Source: a virus
Lineage: Duplodnaviria; Heunggongvirae; Uroviricota; Caudoviricetes
Direction: 5' to 3' (one strand)
Virus record (IMG/VR): IMGVR_UViG_3300032731_000668
Location: 128,001 to 168,212 of that record
Length of the DNA stretch: 40,212 bases
The translations under genes and the position numbers were made by a program. Below are positions 9,891 to 19,003 of the stretch, one piece after another; position 1 is the first letter of the stretch, and every line of letters begins with the position of its first letter. The notes beneath the pieces are model-generated. The model had not been told where the DNA came from. It did no database searches and saw only the letters and a program-made list of their open reading frames with translations.

Positions 9891-11171
9891 TTACCAAGCG
9901 CCACGTAAATCGATAGAAATATCCTCTGTGTAAGAACCACTCGTGGCAGAAATTATTAACGGATACGCTAAGTACATGCTTACATTCTGCACGGAAAAAC
10001 TATTATCGTTTATTGTCGTCAACGTATAATTTGCTGAAGGAACATTGGTGTTCTTGAGAGCGAACGTGTACAGATTTGCCTGTTGCACGCCTCCCACATA
10101 ACCATAGACTGTAAATGTAGTTGTCGTTCCTTCTAAAATTGTATCATTCGCAGGATCAATTCTTGTCTCATAAGAGGCTGTTGAACTTGCTGAAACTACA
10201 ACGGAACATGTAGCAGAAGCTGAAGTAGTATCTGTCGCGTATGCCAAAATATCTGTGCTACCATTTCCGGTCAGTACAACGCCACCAGAACCAGATACAG
10301 TTGCTATTGCACTTGAACTACTCACGTAACTCATATCCTTAGTTACAGAAATATCGTTGATTTCTAAATTAGAAGCCAACAAAAACGAATCTCCTATTGT
10401 TCCCGTAATTGAAGAAGGAGTTAGTGTAAGAGCATAAACAGACTTGTTCTTGTCGGCTACGCCTAGCGTAATATCGTCAGTGTTTTCGTTCACGGTGTCT
10501 GCGCCCATCTCTAACATAAGAAGTTTACAAGAATCATTGTCTTCTGTTTCTTGATTTAAGAAAGATCTTACGCCGTTTCCAAATATTTTGAATGCCTGCC
10601 AATTATTACTATTCCCAAATAAGAATCTTTGTCCCGATTTTATTTGTCTCGAAACACTGTTGAGTTGTGTGTAAACTATAATAAATCCTTGAGAAGTTAC
10701 TGGATCTTTTTTCCCAACACTATCAGAAGGCCTTTTGATAGAATAATCTACGATACAGTGCTCAGATAAATCATTTCCGTCATTGTCTGTCCATCTTAAA
10801 ACGTTATTACATCTCCGAACAGTAATAGATGAAACAAAACTTTTAGTTATCTCAGTATTAACTGCTAAATAATAATTATTATCAAAATAATATTGATAAC
10901 CTATTTCTGTAGTGTGTTCCAAATCCTGAAATATGATCTTCTTAAAATCATCAATTAATTTAATTCCCGTTTCACTATTGATTGCACTATTAATGCGTAC
11001 ATTTACATCAATATATGACCCCGTAGAAAATGGAACTTCTTCTTGTATTGTATATATATCGGGGGCAACTGAAAATTCGGCATCTATATTTGCCTGAAAA
11101 TCTGCTAAAATTGATTCTTTGGGAGTCTGAAAAGTTGTGGCTGATGCAGAGGTAAAATACTTATATGGCAT
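9891..11171 (-). CDS. Putative head-closure/neck protein with C-terminal Ig-like (Big_2-like) domains
   Basis: Start reassigned to MPYKYF (GGAGG RBS 8 nt upstream). N-terminal IGYQYYFDNNYYL..RRCNNVLRW; C-terminal YVSSSSAIATVSGSGGV..GNGST resembles Ig-like group 2. Confidence 0.6.
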   Translation of the reverse strand: MPYKYFTSASATTFQTPKESILADFQANIDAEFSVAPDIYTIQEEVPFSTGSYIDVNVRINSAINSETGIKLIDDFKKIIFQDLEHTTEIGYQYYFDNNYYLAVNTEITKSFVSSITVRRCNNVLRWTDNDGNDLSEHCIVDYSIKRPSDSVGKKDPVTSQGFIIVYTQLNSVSRQIKSGQRFLFGNSNNWQAFKIFGNGVRSFLNQETEDNDSCKLLMLEMGADTVNENTDDITLGVADKNKSVYALTLTPSSITGTIGDSFLLASNLEINDISVTKDMSYVSSSSAIATVSGSGGVVLTGNGSTDILAYATDTTSASATCSVVVSASSTASYETRIDPANDTILEGTTTTFTVYGYVGGVQQANLYTFALKNTNVPSANYTLTTINDNSFSVQNVSMYLAYPLIISATSGSYTEDISIDLRGAW

Positions 11172-11207
11172 TTTCAGCACCTCCATTTATCTAATTTTTA
11201 AATCATG

Positions 11208-12080
11208 TCAATCATCATAAAAACCATTTCGAATTTTATAAACAGTGGCTATATTGATACCAAGTTCTCTAGCAATCTTTGGGCCAGATATTTTTTTCTT
11301 CAATAATTTTTTTGTTTGCAAAATTGTTTCCTTTTTCAAGGCATTAGATTTAACCCATTTTCGACTTGGCAAACTATATATTTCATTATAAAAACCTCTA
11401 CTGGCCCTACTCACAACGCTCTTGCTGATTTTTAAATTTTCAGCAATTTCTTTTTGGGATAGCCCTTTATCAAGATATTTTATAATTCTTAATATAATTT
11501 CTTTTTTAAAAATTTTAGACATTCTCATTTTCTTTTTTGTTTCTAGGGAAGGTGTTTTTCCATACATGCCATTTAACTTGCCACATAGTCTGACTCCCCA
11601 CATCGGATTGTTTTCATTTTTATGTGCCTTAGACATTTTTTCAATTGTTTCTGGAGAATGTGTTCTGCCATAATTTGGATTATCTTTTCCTAGTTTTCCA
11701 TAGTTAGGATTATTTTTGCCACTTTGAGCAGCACACATTTTCTTAATAGTTTCAGGAGAAAGTTTTATTCCCCTATTGCTTTCAACACACTCACGAATAT
11801 TATAGGATAAGCCATGTGCTTTGTTTATATCACAAAATAATTGCTCATAATAAGTCAATTTTTCTGGTATACAATATATCAATATTTCAAAAATAAAATT
11901 TGTTTCTCCATGTTTATTAAAAGAACTTTGCAAATAAGGATTATGATGTTGATTTCTTCGTAAATCACCCAAATGGTCATTTTTCCTAGATTTTAAATGT
12001 ATGCTCTGTCCAACATAGCACTTTCCATTTATAAGATTTCTAATTTGATATATTCCGCAATTAAAATCAGCTTTTTTCAT
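11208..12080 (-). CDS. GIY-YIG homing endonuclease with NUMOD3 repeats and C-terminal HTHs
   Basis: GIYQIRNLINGKCYVGQS..R..H; HSPETIEKMS, NNPMWG repeats; SQKEIAENLKIS and IARELGINIATVY HTHs. Confidence 0.9.
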   Translation of the reverse strand: MKKADFNCGIYQIRNLINGKCYVGQSIHLKSRKNDHLGDLRRNQHHNPYLQSSFNKHGETNFIFEILIYCIPEKLTYYEQLFCDINKAHGLSYNIRECVESNRGIKLSPETIKKMCAAQSGKNNPNYGKLGKDNPNYGRTHSPETIEKMSKAHKNENNPMWGVRLCGKLNGMYGKTPSLETKKKMRMSKIFKKEIILRIIKYLDKGLSQKEIAENLKISKSVVSRASRGFYNEIYSLPSRKWVKSNALKKETILQTKKLLKKKISGPKIARELGINIATVYKIRNGFYDD

Positions 12081-12165
12081 TTTTTCCTCAACCTCTAAGA
12101 TAAGAGATAAGAATGGGGAGGTTTCCCTTTCATTTCAGTAATTAATTGAAACTATCTTATCTCTT
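12081..12165 (-). promoter_or_regulatory. Structured leader RNA, copy 1 (endonuclease-associated pseudoknot element)
   Basis: P1 AAGAGATAAGA/TCTTATCTCTT; TAG; P2 TTTCA/TGAAA; GAAAG; P3 GGG/CCC with loop AACCTC complementary to downstream GAGGTT at the RBS. Confidence 0.7.
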
Positions 12166-12178
12166 TTTTAATATCATT

Positions 12179-12646
12179 TTAACTATAGAAAATTTGGTTT
12201 CTCCAGCTTGACCAACTATTTTTGCGATATGAATAATCATTTAGTTTCTGGGAAACATCTTCTTTTATTGAATTATAATAACTTTGTTTTGCTCGAAGAC
12301 TGTTTGCTTCAGAGTACATCTTAAAATCTCGGTCTTGGAGCATATTTCGACTTTGTAAAATATCATTGATTTCTTTCTTCATCCAATATTTAACCATAAT
12401 GGCCGAAAGCATTAATTGGTTTTCAGTTGTAAGATCTACGTCAAAATATCCTTCAATGACACTTCCGGAGACAGTATATGTTAGTGATTGATTGCATTCA
12501 TTAAATTCTAAAATACTGTTAAGCAAAAATGGTTCTAAATAAATGTCTAACACGAGACTGCCAGACGTAGTATAAATATTTGTAAGTCTATAGTCCGTAA
12601 TATTGGTCAAAAAAAAGTCAAATATTGTTGACGATAAAGTTCCCAT
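12179..12646 (-). CDS. Putative head-tail connector/adaptor protein
   Basis: 155 aa, AGGAGG RBS; FDVDLT.E..ML...MV.YW...I and DFKMYSEAN.L pattern recalls SPbeta-like head-completion proteins; synteny. Confidence 0.55.
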   Translation of the reverse strand: MGTLSSTIFDFFLTNITDYRLTNIYTTSGSLVLDIYLEPFLLNSILEFNECNQSLTYTVSGSVIEGYFDVDLTTENQLMLSAIMVKYWMKKEINDILQSRNMLQDRDFKMYSEANSLRAKQSYYNSIKEDVSQKLNDYSYRKNSWSSWRNQIFYS

Positions 12647-12733
12647 TAAGTAACCTCCTATTTAAATGCAAAATCCCACTACTTATAGAGGGAATATTTT
12701 ATATATGTAAATAAACTTATTAAACATCAAAAT

Positions 12734-12813
12734 TAGACAGGTAGGGAGTCGAACCCTATTTAATCGGAAGTATGAATCCAATGATTGCACCAATTACTAC
12801 AATAGGCCTATCT
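12734..12813 (-). tRNA. Atypical tRNA-like RNA, anticodon CAU (Met/Ile2-like or pseudo-tRNA)
   Basis: Acceptor AGATAGG/CCTGTCT plus A; T arm TAGGG-TTCGACT-CCCTA; anticodon arm ATTGGA-TTCATACT-TCCGAT (8-nt loop, or 7-nt loop with a bulge); D arm ATTGTA-GTAATTGG-TGCAAT; no encoded CCA. Confidence 0.6.
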
Positions 12814-12976
12814 ATTTATAGGTGTTCAGGTCACTCAATTGTCCGATGTATCGGGCTTCTTGGGAATATTCCCGCACCCTTACCCCAGACGCATCGCCCT
12901 CAATGTACCTATTTCTTCAATCCGTCAATTTATCACGCCGACGGAAAGCGTTTTCTTTTACGATAAAATGCCCATT

Positions 12977-13633
12977 TTATGGGACAAGAGGCATTTTTCT
13001 GTAAGAACCAGAAAATTCAGCCTCTTCAATTATTTTTACGCCAGAAATACGAGCGAATTTGTCTACAATATTCAAATCTAATTTTTCACCATTTATAATA
13101 CGTTCTATTATCATTCTACTAACATGTAGTTGTTGAGTTTTATTAGTAGTTTCAAGTAATTCAGCGCATTTTTCAGAATCACATTTGAGTACTTCTTGCA
13201 TTTGTTCAAAATCAAGGAGGTTTTCGTAGATTTCGTTGAATCCAGATTTCTTTACAACATCTTTATCGTTAATATACACATATCCTTCGCGGAAAAAATC
13301 AGTATAAAGACCGCTACCATGACTTTTTATTAGAAGTTGTAAATCTGAATAAACTATTTGTGATACATCTCCAAAATTAACCCAAGTATATGGAAAACCC
13401 ATGCCTTTTGTTTCGGTGGTCATTGTCAGCATGTTTGGACACAATGAGATTACTTCAATGTAATCGTCTTGACTTACACTATCTCTTTTAGATCTAGGTG
13501 CATCACTATCAATTTGTCTTTGCATGTTTCTTATCTGTATTTGTGATTCCAGAATCAATTTTTCCATTTTGTCGATCTGCGAATCTTTAGGAACCTGTCT
13601 TGTTGTAGTTCTTTTCTTAGGTTGTTCAGCCAT
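12977..13633 (-). CDS. Hypothetical head-module protein (SPbeta YonA-like position)
   Basis: 218 aa, GAGGA RBS; YTWVNFGD...YSDL...FFREGYVYI.D; first non-nuclease gene downstream of major capsid. Confidence 0.6.
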   Translation of the reverse strand: MAEQPKKRTTTRQVPKDSQIDKMEKLILESQIQIRNMQRQIDSDAPRSKRDSVSQDDYIEVISLCPNMLTMTTETKGMGFPYTWVNFGDVSQIVYSDLQLLIKSHGSGLYTDFFREGYVYINDKDVVKKSGFNEIYENLLDFEQMQEVLKCDSEKCAELLETTNKTQQLHVSRMIIERIINGEKLDLNIVDKFARISGVKIIEEAEFSGSYRKMPLVP

Positions 13634-13716
13634 AAAATCCTCTCAATTATTTTTTATACTATTATTATTACCAAATCAATTTGTTAGATTATCTAATTAA
13701 TTAATTTATTAATAAT

Positions 13717-13745
13717 ATTATACCATATAATTCTTTTTAAGTCAA
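13717..13745 (-). promoter_or_regulatory. Sigma70/SigA-type promoter
   Basis: TTGACT-17 bp-TATAAT with extended TG; nearly identical to the promoter at 36184-36212. Confidence 0.8.
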
Positions 13746-13782
13746 GGGTTAATTAGAGATATTTATAATTAATTTTATTTAG

Positions 13783-14826
13783 TTATTGATCTTTAATTTT
13801 ACCTGATTTAATTTTTTCTAAAAATTCATACCACATTTCGGGAGTTGTATCTCCATACCCATAAATATTATGAAATTTCATATGCCAATCACGAGTCAAA
13901 CATGCTCCAAGAGGATATCTCATATGAAGTTCTCTTAATTTTTTTAGAAGTAATTTTAAATCATCTTTTTTATAATCACCAGCATTTTCTTTTAATTCAA
14001 AATTCAATTCTTTTATAGATTCTTTAAATATTGAGTTGAAAGAATATACATGATGTATATCATCATATTTTTCTCCGCTAATAACGCATTTTCCACCACA
14101 TTGTTTTATAGATTCTTTTTTCCAGCGAGTTATTCTATTTTGCAAATAATCTCTAATATTTGTTAGTCCTCCCCGCCAATTACTTGCATTAACTCCACTT
14201 ATTCTCTCTATTAAGTCTATTCTTGAACAAACAAAACATTTATGCCACTTTAAAAAACTACTAAATGCCACATAATTAATATGATTATAATTACAAGTAT
14301 ATTTTATTTTAGAGTTTCTATTGATATACTCATCAGGAAAATCTATAAAGATTAGATTGTTGTCTTCCATTATCTTATTTATTCTTTCCATGGAATATTT
14401 TCTAGAAACTTTTGATTTTTCTAATCCACATATCCTACATCTTCTTCCTCTTTTAAAAGACTCAAAGTTTGTCTTTTTGCCGATATGACTACATTCAAAT
14501 TGTATTATCAATGGTATTTTGCTATTTTTATATTCGATTGAAAGCAATTTGCAATTTTTTAATTTAATATATTCTTTTACATCTTCAAATTTAAAACTAT
14601 ATTTCTCACTAAATATACGATTTCGACATTCTGTACATCCATTACCGCTCCATACAGACCAAGTATCAGCATTCCATTTGTTACCACATATTTTACATTC
14701 AAATAAACTTTTTCCGTGAGATCCTTTAAATTCTAGTAAGGCAATTTTATCTCCATGGGTATCAAAAGTTCTTTTTATTGCAACTTCATTTGTAATTGTA
14801 TCTTTTCTTTTATAGTAGTCTCTCAA
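13783..14826 (-). CDS. Free-standing HNH-type endonuclease with N-terminal Cys-rich repeats
   Basis: Start reassigned to TTG at 14826 (AAGGAGG RBS). CKIC..CTEC, C.H..RCRIC repeats; ASNWRGG; C-terminal CVISG...DIHH...GACL...H..FH..YG. Confidence 0.75.
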   Translation of the reverse strand: MRDYYKRKDTITNEVAIKRTFDTHGDKIALLEFKGSHGKSLFECKICGNKWNADTWSVWSGNGCTECRNRIFSEKYSFKFEDVKEYIKLKNCKLLSIEYKNSKIPLIIQFECSHIGKKTNFESFKRGRRCRICGLEKSKVSRKYSMERINKIMEDNNLIFIDFPDEYINRNSKIKYTCNYNHINYVAFSSFLKWHKCFVCSRIDLIERISGVNASNWRGGLTNIRDYLQNRITRWKKESIKQCGGKCVISGEKYDDIHHVYSFNSIFKESIKELNFELKENAGDYKKDDLKLLLKKLRELHMRYPLGACLTRDWHMKFHNIYGYGDTTPEMWYEFLEKIKSGKIKDQ

Positions 14827-14928
14827 TTCATCCTCCTTTAGATGATTATTTAATATTAATAGGTAGAAAGACAACTAAGGAAAGTTATCTTTATCGGTAA
14901 GTTAGCAAAATTCACCTATCTACCTATT
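14827..14928 (-). promoter_or_regulatory. Structured leader RNA, copy 2
   Basis: P1 AATAGGTAGA/TCTACCTATT; TAG; P2 GGTGA/TTACC; GATAA; P3 AGATAAC/GTTGTCT with loop TTTCCTTA complementary to SD AAGGAGG. Confidence 0.75.
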
Positions 14929-14933
14929 ATTAT

Positions 14934-14962
14934 ATTTTATCACATAATGTTATTCTTGTCAA
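14934..14962 (-). promoter_or_regulatory. Sigma70/SigA-type promoter for leader RNA copy 2 and HNH gene
   Basis: TTGACA-17 bp-TAAAAT with extended TG; predicted +1 (~14927-14928) coincides with the start of P1. Confidence 0.75.
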
Positions 14963-15007
14963 GACCCAATTTAATAATATCAAATCAAATCGGACAATTT
15001 TTATCCA

Positions 15008-16099
15008 CTATAACGTGATGGTTCCGGCCGTTGAGTTTGTCGCTACCCCAACTCCCCAACTCTTCCAAAGGGTAGTTGTCTGTTTTAGATCGGCTTTTTC
15101 AAATTCTCGCGTTGTATTGGCGAGTGTATTACCTTCCAAAACTAGTTTTACGATTTTATTTACCGCCGGTGAAACAAGCCAAAGAACCGTGTCACTTAAA
15201 ACTCTGCCCCAAGGCGTATAAATGTCAGCAACCTGTGGTAATCTCATTATATCAATACCTGAGATTGTAGGAATATGTCCAATAGAAACATACTTAGATT
15301 CTAAATCATATCTATAGTTTGCATCATTTGGTAGCACGTTTAACAAACCGACTGCCGTTCCTAAAAGCACGGCTTTTGCTCCACCGTTCCAAGCAGCAAC
15401 TTGTTCTGAAAGTCTAACTAGTCCAGCTTGTGTATAGCCAGAAATTCGCAGTCCAGTCGTTGCCGTAGTGGGCAGCGCGGCCATAGCAGATGCCATTGAA
15501 TTATAAACATCTACTGTCATCTGAGTTTCAATGGATTTAATAGCCTTTGTTGTAAAAACTGCCAGACTTTCTTTTCCAGACAAAACTCTATATAGCGAAA
15601 CGCCAGTTGTAATAGCATGAACATCGGGAATAATGGTTACTTGACCATTCCACTGCTTTTTTACTTCAGCTTCTCGTTTTCCTAAAGTTGCTTTGCTTAC
15701 CACAAACAAATCTCTTGGTTCAATATCAAAAGAGGCACTATCTCCCCATCCAATCACGCTCACATCAGCATATGTGCCAATGGTGTCTATAATACTATCA
15801 GGAAGAATCATATCTATTAGCGAACCAACAACGGAAAATGCCGCTGGTGCAACATTTGGAAAAAAGAACCATTCTTCAACGGGTTTTTCTGCCATATTGC
15901 CAAGATTGGCGCGCATAATAATCTCTTCTTTTAAAGCTTTATTAAGTATTGCTTCTTTCTCGTCTAAACTAATATCGGTACTAAATCGTCCTGCCACATT
16001 GGTGCTGTGGTACCAATAGTCGAGAAAGCAACGAGCTAAATCCTCATTGTTTAAGGATTTAGTTGAGAACGAAACTAAATTATCTACTGTATTTTTCAT
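15008..16099 (-). CDS. Major capsid protein (SPbeta YonB-like)
   Basis: 363 aa; follows protease/scaffold and decoration genes; capsid-like composition; AAGGAG RBS; function from synteny. Confidence 0.75.
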   Translation of the reverse strand: MKNTVDNLVSFSTKSLNNEDLARCFLDYWYHSTNVAGRFSTDISLDEKEAILNKALKEEIIMRANLGNMAEKPVEEWFFFPNVAPAAFSVVGSLIDMILPDSIIDTIGTYADVSVIGWGDSASFDIEPRDLFVVSKATLGKREAEVKKQWNGQVTIIPDVHAITTGVSLYRVLSGKESLAVFTTKAIKSIETQMTVDVYNSMASAMAALPTTATTGLRISGYTQAGLVRLSEQVAAWNGGAKAVLLGTAVGLLNVLPNDANYRYDLESKYVSIGHIPTISGIDIMRLPQVADIYTPWGRVLSDTVLWLVSPAVNKIVKLVLEGNTLANTTREFEKADLKQTTTLWKSWGVGVATNSTAGTITL

Positions 16100-16114
16100 T
16101 TTCTCTCCTTATCC

Positions 16115-16684
16115 TTAGTTATCCACACATACAAGTTTGTATGCGTCTACGCGCTGATTGTTGATAGCACCAGTACCTATTGAAAAATAGGTTGTTGCCA
16201 AATACAGGAACGACATTCTGCTACCACTTCCAACAGCACTATCCCAATATAGGGTGTAAACATTACTGCCAGAATTAGCATGGGTATGCGAACTAAAAGT
16301 ATTTACAAAACAATCTGCACTTAGTTCTATAACATCGCCAACTTGTGGCTTGAAAGCACTAAACACATTGCCTCCAATATTATAAAAGTTTCGTGGATCG
16401 TCGTTTAGTCCTTTATACTGATAAGTGCCGGAAACTGTTGTATTACAATTTTCTTCACTTGCCATCCATAGACCGTCCATATTTGAACCAGATGGGCTAG
16501 GCGCAGAGACATCCCATACTTCTGAGTATCCAGATGAGCCCGATGAGTTCCACATATTCTGTGTATCTAGACGAAAAACATTTCCGTTATCGATATCAAC
16601 AGAACTTGCAGTTATAGCATATCTATTATATGCAACTACATCGTTAGCCGCACACGATTTCTGTAATAGAATTCCTTGTGACAT
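16115..16684 (-). CDS. Capsid decoration/cement protein (YonC-like position)
   Basis: 189 aa between scaffold and MCP; DIDNGNV and F.PQVGD.IELS motifs; AAGGAGG RBS. Confidence 0.6.
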   Translation of the reverse strand: MSQGILLQKSCAANDVVAYNRYAITASSVDIDNGNVFRLDTQNMWNSSGSSGYSEVWDVSAPSPSGSNMDGLWMASEENCNTTVSGTYQYKGLNDDPRNFYNIGGNVFSAFKPQVGDVIELSADCFVNTFSSHTHANSGSNVYTLYWDSAVGSGSRMSFLYLATTYFSIGTGAINNQRVDAYKLVCVDN

Positions 16685-16703
16685 ATTTTTATTCCTCCTT
16701 TAA

Positions 16704-18674
16704 TTATTTTCTACTTAAGTTTGCCCAAATAGATTTTTTTTGATTTACTTTTCCCCACGGGAAAGCAACTTTGCCTTCTGTAGGTTCAACGTCGGTTTTT
16801 TTGATTGCATAAGAAAAAGCTTGGGCCTTACAATCATTTTTCCATTCATCGATTGTTTCTAAATTATGTTCTAAAGATTTTTCGCGCATTGCCTTGATTG
16901 CATTTTCGGGAATATCGACAGTCGCCTGTAACTCTTCTAATGCGGCATCAACTTCGAAATTAAATCTTTCTTCTTCGATTACATCTTTAAATTCCTGTAA
17001 TTTTTCATTTAACGAAGCAAATTCTTTATTTGAATCAAATAAAGCTTTCATTTTTGCTAACATCAAATTTATAATCACAGAAAAATCTTTATCTTCCTTG
17101 TCGAATTCAGATTTAAGCACATCGCTTATTTCTTCTTCTTTGTCAAACAATGACATGAGTTCACTAATATCAACTTTCTCACTCATTGGGACAAAATCCT
17201 CTTCGTCTCCGACAACCTTATAATCGCTTTTTATAACTTCTTCTTTTTTATCCAAATGTACCTCGCCTACTTCTGCGTCAATAGTATATTTGGCGCGATA
17301 TTCTTTTTCATCTTCTTGATCACGTAAGTAAACATATTCTTTATCAACAGATTCTACCCAATATTTGGCAAGTTTTTGTTCGCCGTATTTGAATTCCGAT
17401 AAAGAGCTATTGAGCACTTCAATGGTCTGTAAAGAATCAAAAGAAGTTTTATCTTGATCTACTTTTTGATTTTTCACACTATTTTCGTCCTCCTTTTCTA
17501 TTTTTTTGTCTTTATCTACGGATATGCCGCCATCAGGATCTTCCGCAGAAAAATCATCTTCTTCTTTTTTGACCCATCGCTCATCTATAACCACATGAGA
17601 TTTTTCAAAGTTAGCGATTGCAATAGCCCACCCATTTTTATCTTCATCAACACCGATGGCGTCGGCTTGCGCAGATATCGAGTTAGCCTGCCCAAGAGTA
17701 ACTGGTGGATCAACATTTTTTAAAGCACCATTAATTTCACCTAAATTTTTATAAGGCATAATGTCTCCTTCTTCTTCAAAATAAGTTAGATTTTTCTCAT
17801 CTTCTTCATCTAACAAACCTTCTACATTTTCAATCCATTCATATCCTTCATTTCCCCCATATAGCATAAATCTAATGTAAGAATCAGAAATTGAATCTTC
17901 ATCAATATCTTCAAACTTTTTGCTTGAAAAAATTTTATACATATGTCGGATTTTTAAATGATTGGTTTTTCCGTTTTTAACTAAATGACGTGCCAGCGCC
18001 AAAGAAACAGGATTTCCGCCTCTTCCAAGTTCTTTATATAAATCAAGTCCTTTTTGTGCGTTTGTTTTCACTTTTTTTGGAACTGAAAAATCAATTGACT
18101 CATATTTTTTTGAAAACTCTAATTCATAATCACGTTTGTAATCTTTCGCAAACTTTAATACTGTGGCATGAGCCAAAGGAATTGCGGGTTCGATTTCACT
18201 ACCTAGAATTGTGATTGCCTGAAATTTATAATCGCATAATTCTATAACGTCATCCTCTAATTCTTCAAAATCAATGACTTCAATTTCAACACTGACAGGC
18301 TTATCTCCATCTCTTTTGAAAAAGTCCAGCAATTTTCCGGAATAGTATTTCCACACAAAAGTCTTTACAGACAACATAGTTCTTCCGTCTGGCATCTTTT
18401 TTTCAATAATTTCCGCATCTTTTGGAACAAACCCGCCAGGAATCTGGTCGGGACCGTGACCACCAATATCGTCATGCAATCTATTATATTGCCAGACCAA
18501 AGGACAGTTTTTTATTGTTGACGCCGTTTTACGCAAAGTTTCTTCGCTAACATAAGTATTATGTAAGTTCCTTCCAGATGCAAAAAAGTCAAGCAATAAT
18601 ATACTAAAACGTGAATCTGGATTTTCTTCTAATAATTCTATGTTGTCAATAGCAAATAACATTTTATTGTTCAA
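16704..18674 (-). CDS. Prohead protease/scaffold fusion (YonD-like) with inserted domains
   Basis: TTG start at 18674 behind AAGGAGG; protease-like N-terminus (GRNLHN..., GGH, VSVEI, AITILG...PA); acidic coiled-coil C-terminus. Confidence 0.75.
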   Translation of the reverse strand: MNNKMLFAIDNIELLEENPDSRFSILLLDFFASGRNLHNTYVSEETLRKTASTIKNCPLVWQYNRLHDDIGGHGPDQIPGGFVPKDAEIIEKKMPDGRTMLSVKTFVWKYYSGKLLDFFKRDGDKPVSVEIEVIDFEELEDDVIELCDYKFQAITILGSEIEPAIPLAHATVLKFAKDYKRDYELEFSKKYESIDFSVPKKVKTNAQKGLDLYKELGRGGNPVSLALARHLVKNGKTNHLKIRHMYKIFSSKKFEDIDEDSISDSYIRFMLYGGNEGYEWIENVEGLLDEEDEKNLTYFEEEGDIMPYKNLGEINGALKNVDPPVTLGQANSISAQADAIGVDEDKNGWAIAIANFEKSHVVIDERWVKKEEDDFSAEDPDGGISVDKDKKIEKEDENSVKNQKVDQDKTSFDSLQTIEVLNSSLSEFKYGEQKLAKYWVESVDKEYVYLRDQEDEKEYRAKYTIDAEVGEVHLDKKEEVIKSDYKVVGDEEDFVPMSEKVDISELMSLFDKEEEISDVLKSEFDKEDKDFSVIINLMLAKMKALFDSNKEFASLNEKLQEFKDVIEEERFNFEVDAALEELQATVDIPENAIKAMREKSLEHNLETIDEWKNDCKAQAFSYAIKKTDVEPTEGKVAFPWGKVNQKKSIWANLSRK

Positions 18675-18706
18675 TACATGCCTCCTTTCTAAAGACAATC
18701 ATGCCC

Positions 18707-18898
18707 TTAAAATAATTTTGCAACTTTTAACCATAAAGGAATATCTTGTAAGATCTCTTGTAATAATGAAGTGTCTGAAAAATAATAATCTTTTCCAATA
18801 ACACTCAAAACCGGAAAATGTTTATCATAAACGAGATAATCAGCCATTATTTTATTGCATCTATACTTGCGTTTTATAAAATCTGGATTTACAAACAT
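18707..18898 (-). CDS. Small hypothetical protein
   Basis: 63 aa with AAGGAGG RBS. Confidence 0.6.
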   Translation of the reverse strand: MFVNPDFIKRKYRCNKIMADYLVYDKHFPVLSVIGKDYYFSDTSLLQEILQDIPLWLKVAKLF

Positions 18899-18930
18899 GT
18901 CATCCTCCTTTCATAGTTAAATTTCATTAG

Positions 18931-18976
18931 ATAAAAACACTTGTCAAACAATATTGTTAACAAGTGTTTTATTTTT
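18931..18976. terminator. Inverted repeat, probable (bidirectional) terminator
   Basis: AAAACACTTGT...ACAAGTGTTTT with A/T tails. Confidence 0.5.
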
Positions 18977-19003
18977 AATGGTTTTTAATTTCGTTATAAA
19001 ATA

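Noticed and set aside
12700-12733. HDV-like (theta) ribozyme 3' of the tRNAs
   Set aside because: The 3' trailers here and near 27960-27985 are AT-rich with no nested pseudoknot; the structured segments lie 5' of the tRNAs
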